Shown piece after piece: positions 57,601 through 64,000 of a stretch of 64,000 nt of DNA (position 1 is the first letter of the stretch; each line of letters begins with the position of its first letter). Below the pieces are notes generated by a model that was given only the letters and a program-made list of their open reading frames with translations, was not told where the DNA came from and searched no databases. Position numbers and translations under genes: made by a program. The DNA lies in NCBI GenBank assembly GCA_965227295.1, contig OZ245742.1, positions 384,001-448,000 of the forward strand, written 5' to 3'. The DNA comes from Leptonemataceae bacterium (GTDB lineage: Bacteria; Spirochaetota; Leptospiria; Leptospirales; Leptonemataceae).

Positions 57601-59877
57601 GATCTCTACAACTTCAAGAGCCTCACGACTCCGGCGAACGCCGGCAACGAACTGCTGCGTCGCTTCGCTTTGAACGAACCGGCGACGACGTTCGGCGGCC
57701 CGGAAGAGGCCCTGGCCGGCGGCGAAGAATCCGTGCTGTTCATCGAGAATGGTTCCGGCAACGTGGGCCTGGGCACGACGACTCCCGGCGAACGGCTTAC
57801 GGTCAACGGCATCATTGAAACCACCGAGGGCGGCATCAAGTTCCCCGACGGCACGATCCAGACCACGGCCGGAGGGGGCGGCGGCTTAGCCGGTGGTGGT
57901 ACGAAGTTACCGCTCGGCACGATTCTCGCGTGGCATAAGAACTTCGACGGCAGTACGCCGGACCTGCCCGACGGCTGGATCGAGTGCAACGGCCAGACCA
58001 TCGACGATCCGGAGTCGCCGTTCTTCGGTCAGGACACGCCGGACCTGAACAGCTCGCTGCCCGGCTTCAGCAACGGCGGGCGTTTTTTGCGCGGCGGTCC
58101 GACCAGCGGCAATTTTCAGGGCGATCAGATGCAGGGTCACATCCACCGCGTCTATCCGCACGCCGGCACGCACGAGGATCCGGCGTATGGAATCAACAAC
58201 ACCGGGGCCAACGGCGGCGACGTGGCCACGCAGGTCAGCAGTCACCTCACCTCGCGTCCCACCGACGACATGACCGGTAACGGTCCGCCGCGCTACGGCA
58301 ACGAAACGCGGCCGGCGAACATGTCGGTCGTCTGGATCATGCGCATCAAAGACACCGGCGACGGCGGTTCGTTGTGGGACAGCGCGACCGGCGGCATCAG
58401 CTACGAGGGCGGCAACGTCGGCATCGGCACGGACGAACCCCAGGCGAAGCTGCACGTTTCGGGCACGGCCGGCGTGGACGGCATCCTCTTTCCCGACGGC
58501 ACGTTACAAACAACAGCGGGCGGTCCGGGCGCGGGCCTGCCGCTCGGGACCATCCTCGCGTGGCACAAGTCCCTCGGCAGCACGCCGCCGCTGCCCGACG
58601 GCTGGGTAGAATGCAACGGGCAGACATTAAGCGATGCGGCCTCACCGTACGACGGACTCGTGATTCCGGACCTGAACAATCCCAAAGAAACCTGGAACGA
58701 CAAGGGCGCGTTCTTGCGCGGTCACACGACGTCGGGTGAATTCGAGGATGATCAATTACAGGGACATCATCACCGCCTTCAGGTCTGGGGCAACGGTCTC
58801 GAGGGTCGCGTGGAACCCGGCGGCAGTGATGACGCAGCATTTATCGATACCAGCGACGCCGCCGTGATCGACCCGAGCGACGACGGCACCAACGGCACGC
58901 CGCGCACGGGCTCCGAAACGAAACCCGTGAACATGTCGGTCGTCTGGATCATGAAGGTCCGCAATAGCGCGTTGTCGCTACCGGCGGGGGGCTACGCGAT
59001 CATCGAAGACAAACAGCCGCCGGATACCCTTTCCGGCGCCGGCGTCGTCGGCAGTTGGAACCGGCGCACGCTGAATACGCTCAGTACTAACATATCCGGA
59101 TTAACACTCAGCAGCAATGAATTTACACTTCCGGCCGGAACGTACCTGATCCGGTGCCGGGCGCCTGCCCATCGAGTCGGATATCATCAGATCCGCCTCT
59201 TCAACGTCACCGACTCCACGCCGGCCATCGCCGGCGCCTCTATGGCAACCGCCGACTACGACGACGATTCCGGAGATGCGGTACTCACCGGCGCGTTGCA
59301 TGTGGACACGCCGAGGGCATATGCTATTGAACACTGGATCTCTGCCAGCACCGGCACTTCCGCCCTGGGCATCGGCGGCGCGGCAGGATCCGAAGAAGTC
59401 TACACGCAGGTGGAAATCATCCAGCTCGCGCAGCCGACGCCCGAGGGCACGGACCTCATCGGCTCCGTCCACGCCTTCGCGACGGAGACTCCGCCTACGG
59501 GCTGGATCAAGTGTGATGGGACGGCAATCTCACGGAACCAGTACGCGCGATTGTTTCAGCGCATCGGGGATCGTTTCGGTACCGGCGACGGAACGACGAC
59601 GTTCAACGTGCCGGACCTGCGCGGCGAGTTCATCCGCGGCTGGGACGACGGCCGCGGTGTGGATTCCGGACGCACGCTCGGCTCGGCGCAGGGCGATTTG
59701 TTTGAATCGCACACACATACAATCAGCAACGTGAATACCTTTCAGGGTGGCCAGGTCGGCGTCGGAAACGGCGGTTCGATTCAGGTCGGCGGCAATCTCA
59801 CGGCCGTCTCGAATGCTACCGGCGGCGCCGAAACCCGCCCGCGAAACGTGGCAATGATGTACTGTATTAAGTACTGA
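54607..59877 (+). CDS. DUF6519-type (eCIS-associated) tail-fibre-like protein: DUF6519, Ig-like, DUF2341, LamG, and three collar modules
   Basis: N-terminus MAVDISRD..YRSVLMQQGRILTDADWNEQ, GYSGPDNHLYRVEIH, KWSRDNA; DUF2341-like LPYWIE..VWVRVP; LamG FDGALDDVRIYNRALS; collar GWIKCDG..FNVPDLRGEFIRGWD. Confidence 0.8.
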   Translation: MAVDISRDNFRPEKQYRSVLMQQGRILTDADWNEQASIEAYLRHAIGRDFAGATGAPRHQAGFALTSNGSSLNAGAGRFYINGMLVENPAVFDLSNQPYLPGVSLPTVDGSYLAYLDVMLRPVTVVEDAAVRDPALGGINTAARLQLVSQIKLLPLAAGTYAASDEPQEWSDFVNRVRGKMRARTTAEGVSTDPCQIGARGGYSGPDNHLYRVEIHNGGAPGTATYKWSRDNAGLVTEWISQNTDTLGLRFSGRDEVQSFRPGQWIEIDDEGLELEGSPGTLARIIAVGDSSVTIDPDTLVHFDGAGGPNAPGGRALDISEFDRGVRRVRRWDMVTAGGLRTTPSDGSFVEIENGITVAFDDVADGTLYESREYWLIPARVGNRNIEWPMNAAGTEAAALTALPVHEYARLAFVELASSNWTVVADARRIFPSLGDANLHYAGGDGQSLFPGLELAEPLAVRISAGPEPIPDAVVRFSVTGGDGNLTDATGSGASGNSVDLRSDGAGLAAVRWTTGADRDSQTVSAQLLDENGQPLPAALVRFRAHKNQAAAVEYTAPADPADPLYGSETTQAAVDALNAAKVNRAGDVISGDLEVEGTLTVRGDMIVKETESIPGDVMLGDQDEDTITIHGEVRSAHSSGSLFVSDGLYVRASDAADVPLRVDAVVQGLAGRSYRRPLTVDNSANASPLTDFQVLLTMDTAALISGGKMQSDGDDLLFLDEDELTSLPYWIESGINTANTRVWVRVPVLPANGTRTIYVLYGNENATARSSKANTFLGEISGVEVAYAMDEGTGTIVGDTSGNGRDAALVGGGWTTGRAGAGTAIALNGGTDAVDLANITSNNDLWRNPGLTIAAWFRADTLPSGTAAAIFDNLNGTPGPDRIFGHSIAVGDSNILFSVTRASQAFGTPIMTVTPGQWYFVALTAEDTPAGINFHGYVNGTSTMNPTASGSLSDYPATQTPTYFALLGNSNLDHAPFDGALDDVRIYNRALSPTEIADLYNFKSLTTPANAGNELLRRFALNEPATTFGGPEEALAGGEESVLFIENGSGNVGLGTTTPGERLTVNGIIETTEGGIKFPDGTIQTTAGGGGGLAGGGTKLPLGTILAWHKNFDGSTPDLPDGWIECNGQTIDDPESPFFGQDTPDLNSSLPGFSNGGRFLRGGPTSGNFQGDQMQGHIHRVYPHAGTHEDPAYGINNTGANGGDVATQVSSHLTSRPTDDMTGNGPPRYGNETRPANMSVVWIMRIKDTGDGGSLWDSATGGISYEGGNVGIGTDEPQAKLHVSGTAGVDGILFPDGTLQTTAGGPGAGLPLGTILAWHKSLGSTPPLPDGWVECNGQTLSDAASPYDGLVIPDLNNPKETWNDKGAFLRGHTTSGEFEDDQLQGHHHRLQVWGNGLEGRVEPGGSDDAAFIDTSDAAVIDPSDDGTNGTPRTGSETKPVNMSVVWIMKVRNSALSLPAGGYAIIEDKQPPDTLSGAGVVGSWNRRTLNTLSTNISGLTLSSNEFTLPAGTYLIRCRAPAHRVGYHQIRLFNVTDSTPAIAGASMATADYDDDSGDAVLTGALHVDTPRAYAIEHWISASTGTSALGIGGAAGSEEVYTQVEIIQLAQPTPEGTDLIGSVHAFATETPPTGWIKCDGTAISRNQYARLFQRIGDRFGTGDGTTTFNVPDLRGEFIRGWDDGRGVDSGRTLGSAQGDLFESHTHTISNVNTFQGGQVGVGNGGSIQVGGNLTAVSNATGGAETRPRNVAMMYCIKY
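57757..58960 (+). repeat. Two tandem ~200-codon intragenic collar modules
   Basis: GNVG.GT..FPDGT.QTTAG..LPLGTILAWHK..LPDGW.ECNGQT..NMSVVWIM occurs twice; a 25-nt identical block lies at 58317-58341 and 58929-58953. Confidence 0.85.
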
Positions 59878-59930
59878 ACCGTTCACAATATATACTTGCG
59901 CTCGCGTCGGGCTGCGGTGTTGTTTCCCGG

Positions 59931-60857
59931 ATGTCCGCTGAACTGTTGCCGCGCCGTCTGCTGATCGCCGTCCCGCTGGGGATCGATGCCGCCGGAGACG
60001 AGGCGGCGGCGCAATTCCTCACGCGCACGGCGGACTTTGCGACCGCGCTGAAGGCGGAGGTCCTGCTCTTGCACGTCATCGACGTCGAGGACGACGACGT
60101 CGATGACGCCACGCGCTCGTTGTACGACGATCTGGCCGCGAACGCCCGGGAACGTCTGGATGCTCTGCTGCCGATCTTACGCGAACGCAAGCTCGGTACC
60201 GAACTGCGCATCGCCGCGGGCCGGCCGTGGCAAAAGATTCTCGATGCCGCGGACGACTGGAAGCCCGACGCCGTCGTCGTCGGACCGCCGGCCCCGGAGC
60301 CGGACGGCGTGCTGCGTCGCACGCTGCACCGGCCGACAGCGGGCCGGCTCATCCGCGAAGCGGATCGTCCCGTATGGGCCCTCCCCGAAAGCGAATCGAG
60401 CGGCTTCGGCATCCGGCGCATCCTGGTGCCGGTGGACTTCAGCGAAGTAAGTACGGATCAGGTAAAGTTAGCAGATGAGCTGCACGCGGTCTTCGGATGC
60501 GAGCGGTACCTGCTGCACTGTTTTCGTTACCGGCTCATGGATGCCTTGCGGCGCTTTCCGGATCGCGGCGGGCCGGCGGATCGTTTCGAAGACGAGATGA
60601 TCGCAAAGGCGAAGGCGAAGGCCGAGGCTTTACTCGGCGAGGCCTACGACAACTGGACGGTGTTATTGCACACGGACCCGGTAAAACGCGCGGTGCCCAT
60701 GGAAATCGAGAACTACGGCATCGACCTGCTGTTGCTCGCGGGAGTATCGAAGCCGCGCGGCCTTCGCGGTGCCCTGCTGGGCAGCACGGCCGAGAAGATC
60801 CTTGCGTATACGAACATCAATGCGTGCGTACTCAAACCGACGGCGACCGGAAGTTAG
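59931..60857 (+). CDS. Tandem-domain universal stress protein
   Basis: LLLHVID, ILVPVDFS, LLGSTAEKIL. Confidence 0.85.
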   Translation: MSAELLPRRLLIAVPLGIDAAGDEAAAQFLTRTADFATALKAEVLLLHVIDVEDDDVDDATRSLYDDLAANARERLDALLPILRERKLGTELRIAAGRPWQKILDAADDWKPDAVVVGPPAPEPDGVLRRTLHRPTAGRLIREADRPVWALPESESSGFGIRRILVPVDFSEVSTDQVKLADELHAVFGCERYLLHCFRYRLMDALRRFPDRGGPADRFEDEMIAKAKAKAEALLGEAYDNWTVLLHTDPVKRAVPMEIENYGIDLLLLAGVSKPRGLRGALLGSTAEKILAYTNINACVLKPTATGS

Positions 60858-60869
60858 CGGGCCGGCGTC

Positions 60870-61130
60870 TCAGGGCTTGTAGTAATCTTTGTCCGGTTTG
60901 CGCTTTGCCGGGCGCCAGAGCCACAGGAGCGCCGTCGACGCCGCAGTCACCGTGATCGCCAGGCCGAGCATGGTATAAAACTCGTCCGCGCGGAACTCCT
61001 CACAGGCAACGCGCTCTCCGTAGCGGGTGCCGAGCTCAATGCAGCCGAGCGACACGGCCTCGTAGATGTGATAGCCGCCCCAGGCCAGCGCCGCGATCAG
61101 CAACAGATACAGAAAGGCGCGAAGGATCAT
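60870..61130 (-). CDS. Small two-TM membrane protein
   Basis: Two hydrophobic helices flanking a Cys-pair loop. Confidence 0.6.
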   Translation of the reverse strand: MILRAFLYLLLIAALAWGGYHIYEAVSLGCIELGTRYGERVACEEFRADEFYTMLGLAITVTAASTALLWLWRPAKRKPDKDYYKP

Positions 61131-61172
61131 ACATACAGTATAATCCTTCGCGACACAATTTCCAGGCGCCGG

Positions 61173-61649
61173 CTACTTCACAGCAAAGGTTACATCCTGG
61201 GTGAACGTCTTGCCCGCCGCGCTGATATCCGCGGTGACGGTGTAGTCCCCGGCCGCCGCCGAATCGAAGCCGCCCACGTAGTGATGCATGCCGCCGCCGC
61301 TCATCACCTCGCTGCCGTCGCTGATCGTTTCGCCGGCCGCGTTCTTGATCACAAGCTTCACGTCCGCGTCCGTAATGACGCCGCCGCGATCGGCGGTGTC
61401 CATAATTGTCAACGTAACGATGTGCTCCGCGTGGCCGTGCTCCATTTCGCTGATGTTCATCATCTTCATCATCTTCATGTGTTCGGCGTGGCTGGAGAGG
61501 TCGTATACGACCTGGATATTTTCGTGGGTGCGCACCTTCGATGTCGGCGTATCGAAAGATGCGTCGTCGGCACCGGTGTCCGGACCGCCGCAGTGTACCG
61601 CCAGCAGCGTGATACTTAAAATAATCTTCGTTATCAGGAATACCCTCAT
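61173..61649 (-). CDS. Met/His-rich lipoprotein (YtkA-like Ig fold), possible metal binder
   Basis: GGAG Shine-Dalgarno; lipobox LAVHC; HAEHMKMMKMMNISEMEHGHAEH and MSGGGMHHY. Confidence 0.75.
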   Translation of the reverse strand: MRVFLITKIILSITLLAVHCGGPDTGADDASFDTPTSKVRTHENIQVVYDLSSHAEHMKMMKMMNISEMEHGHAEHIVTLTIMDTADRGGVITDADVKLVIKNAAGETISDGSEVMSGGGMHHYVGGFDSAAAGDYTVTADISAAGKTFTQDVTFAVK

Positions 61650-61683
61650 GTTTGTTTCTCCTTTACTGTGCCTGCGCAGACGT

Positions 61684-63489
61684 TCAACGAACGGAGCGGC
61701 CGGCCCGAACTTTCGTTTTGCGCGCGGATTTTTTATTACCGGGCGATGCCTGACGGCGCGCGCCGGTTTCTTTTTTAGACGCGGCGGAACGCCGGGTCGC
61801 CGGGAACAACGTCTTCGTAAATCCGGCCTTCTTTTCGAAACGAAAGGCCTTCGCGGTGCTGCCCGGTTTCGGCGGAATCATCGCCATGGCCCGCTCGCTC
61901 AGTGCGGTGATGGACAGACTCGGGTTTACGCCCAGGTTTTCCGTGAGCATGGAGCCGTCGCAGACCCGCAGGTTTTTGTAACCGAAGACTTTGTTTTCGA
62001 GATCGATGACACCCTCCCCCGCGTGCTCGCCCACGATGCAGCCGCCCATGATGTGTCCCGTTACCGGCGCGTCGAGCAAAGTATCGTTGTACGAGGAACG
62101 CGGGATGCCGCCGATCTTCTCCGCGACGCGGCGCGTGGTTTCGTTTGCCACGGGGATGTACGTCGGCGTCGGTGCGCCGGTGGAGAGCGCGGACGTCAGC
62201 GTCTTCCAGAACGGCCAGGCCGGTCGCCAGGCGCGTTTAAGTTTGATGCTGTTGTCGACGGTTTGCATCACCAGAAGAATGATGCTGTTGCTCGCGAACT
62301 TGCCGGCGCCGTGGGACATGAGCCATGTGTACGGATGCTTAAATATCATCCCAAAGTACTTTAAGAAACGCGGCACTCCGTCGCCGCCGTCCACCATGGG
62401 CGCCGCAAGTGCTCCCATGAAGTTCGAGCCCTTCGGATAACGCACCGGTTCGATGTGAGTGTCTTCGTCCGGATGGATGGACGAGGTGATGGCCACGCCG
62501 CGAGAATAGTCGGTGTCGGTTTTGTAGTTCGATGCCAGGAGAACCGTCTCGCTGTTGGTGCGCACCCTGTCCCCCAGCACCGGGGACAGGCGCGGCATGC
62601 GACCGTTTTCGCGCATCTTCAGAAGCAGCCCCACGGTTCCCATCACCGCCGCGGACAACACGACGGAACGTGCGCGAAACCTGCGCCGCGGAAAACCGAA
62701 CCAGCCCGTAGGCGTGCGGGTTTTCAGTTCGTAACCGTATTCGCCGTCGGCGTTCGCATCACGTTCGCCGGCGGCGTTCAGGGGAATCATGTCGATGACT
62801 TTCGTTTCGGGAATGATCTCTGCGCCGAGCTGTTCGGCGAAGTAGAGATAGTTTTTATCGAGGGTGTTCTTGGAATTGTAGCGACAGCCGACCATGCACG
62901 CGCCGCAGAACGTACAGCCGATGCGTTCGGGGCCTTCGCCGCCGAAGTACGGATCGGGATGTTTCTCGCCGGGTTTGCCGAAGTAGACACCCACCGGCGT
63001 CGGCCGAAACGTGTGGCCCTTGCCCATTTCATCGGCGACTTCTTTTAAGACGTGATCGCTTTCGAAGAGACGCGGGTTCTCCGTTACACCGAGCATCTTG
63101 AGCGCAATCTTGTAAAACGGCAGCAACGCCTTCGGGCCGCCCATCTTTCGGAACGCGCCCTTGTTCAGAACCTGCTCGCCGGGAACGTAGAGCGTATTCG
63201 CGTATACCAGACTGCCGCCGCCGACGCCGGCCCCGCTTACGAGAAAAAAATCGCGCAGCAAATTCATGCGCTGAATGCCGTACAGGCCCAGCCACGGCAT
63301 CCACAGATACTTGCGCAGGTTCCAGTTGGTCTTTGCGTAGTCTTCGTTGCGCCAGCGTTTACCGGATTCGATGACCGCCACCGAGTAACCCTTCTGCGTC
63401 AACCGCATGGCCGATACGCTGCCGCCGAAGCCGCTGCCGATCACAATGTAGTCGTAGTCATACTTAATGGAAGATTCCGGTGCGGCCAT
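61684..63489 (-). CDS. GMC oxidoreductase, cholesterol-oxidase-like
   Basis: [45 protein letters not shown]. Confidence 0.88.
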   Translation of the reverse strand: MAAPESSIKYDYDYIVIGSGFGGSVSAMRLTQKGYSVAVIESGKRWRNEDYAKTNWNLRKYLWMPWLGLYGIQRMNLLRDFFLVSGAGVGGGSLVYANTLYVPGEQVLNKGAFRKMGGPKALLPFYKIALKMLGVTENPRLFESDHVLKEVADEMGKGHTFRPTPVGVYFGKPGEKHPDPYFGGEGPERIGCTFCGACMVGCRYNSKNTLDKNYLYFAEQLGAEIIPETKVIDMIPLNAAGERDANADGEYGYELKTRTPTGWFGFPRRRFRARSVVLSAAVMGTVGLLLKMRENGRMPRLSPVLGDRVRTNSETVLLASNYKTDTDYSRGVAITSSIHPDEDTHIEPVRYPKGSNFMGALAAPMVDGGDGVPRFLKYFGMIFKHPYTWLMSHGAGKFASNSIILLVMQTVDNSIKLKRAWRPAWPFWKTLTSALSTGAPTPTYIPVANETTRRVAEKIGGIPRSSYNDTLLDAPVTGHIMGGCIVGEHAGEGVIDLENKVFGYKNLRVCDGSMLTENLGVNPSLSITALSERAMAMIPPKPGSTAKAFRFEKKAGFTKTLFPATRRSAASKKETGARRQASPGNKKSARKTKVRAGRSVR

Positions 63490-63599
63490 GACTGATGTTC
63501 GAATCGGCGCGTGCCGGTGGCAATGAAAAAGTTTGCGCGTACTGGTGACGATTGGGGATCAAACTGATGATCAGGAAAAAGAGAAAGTAAAAATCATAT

Positions 63600-63656
63600 G
63601 GGCGTCTGCCCGGCCGCGCCGCGGTTGCGGCCGGGTACCGCGCTGCTACAGGCTCC
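63600..63656 (+). repeat. Flavo-1-like repeat, 5' half only (copy F)
   Basis: GGGCGTCTGCCCGGCCGC..GCGGCCGGGTACCGCGCTGCTACAGGCTCC, then the sequence diverges. Confidence 0.55.
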
Positions 63657-63707
63657 TAAAGTTTCTAAACTGGTTGACAGGTTCCTGAGAGGTTTCTTCG
63701 TTTCCCG

Positions 63708-64000
63708 ATGAAACAGTTTCTTATCTCCACAGCAACCCTGGCGGCAACCCTGCTGCTCACTTTCGCCTGCTCCACACAACCTGCGGCGAAGAAAACTCCG
63801 TCCGTCACGCTGGCGCCTTTTCCCGAAGAAAAGATGCGCAGCCCGAAACGACTGAACCTGGCCGTTCTCAAGCGACTGACGACGGAAAAACCGCCGTCTT
63901 ACAACGATCCACTCGTCGCCCGCGCCTTCTCTCCCGGCGAAGTATATGTCATCCCGAAAAGCTGCGCTCTGGAAGTACATTCCCCGATGCTGCAAATGCG
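63708..64000 (+). CDS. Lipoprotein, runs off the right window edge
   Basis: MKQFLISTATLAATLLLTFAC lipobox; open to the end of the window. Confidence 0.7.
   Translation, partial: MKQFLISTATLAATLLLTFACSTQPAAKKTPSVTLAPFPEEKMRSPKRLNLAVLKRLTTEKPPSYNDPLVARAFSPGEVYVIPKSCALEVHSPMLQM

Noticed and set aside
54607-59877. Prophage or diversity-generating retroelement target
   Set aside because: No integrase, capsid, terminase or reverse transcriptase is present, and differences between the modules are not adenine-specific.

Overview
A 64-kb, GC-rich bacterial chromosomal window. It most resembles a spirochaete of the Leptospiraceae/Leptospirales, judged from DUF1554-type, OmpL47-type and LA_0442-type proteins; this taxonomy is an inference from protein families, not a search result. 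It holds housekeeping genes (rlmN, purM, thiC with an atypical TPP riboswitch), signalling genes (two sensor kinases, response regulators, two ECF sigma/anti-sigma modules, Crp, MerR) and carbohydrate/lipid enzymes (GH1, GH31, tandem GPH-type MFS transporters, desaturase, cholesterol-oxidase-like GMC). Items of most interest: (1) a three-gene envelope module of an AsmA/YdbH-like protein, a DUF1318/YdbL-like lipoprotein and a ~2990-aa TolB-propeller/TPR lipoprotein with two apparently degenerate CHAT-like domains; (2) an orphan 1756-aa DUF6519/eCIS-type tail-fibre gene with serially stacked collar modules; (3) an AT-rich Panacea antitoxin plus unknown, possibly PemK-like, toxin pair; (4) a TPP riboswitch variant with an altered pyrophosphate-sensing arm; (5) a 40-bp tandem duplication that frameshifts a histone-tail/GH1 fusion; (6) six dispersed copies of a Flavo-1-like structured repeat, plus a second long-inverted-repeat family; (7) several decayed genes. 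No rRNA, tRNA, CRISPR array or transposase was recognised. All family calls come from motif recognition by eye.
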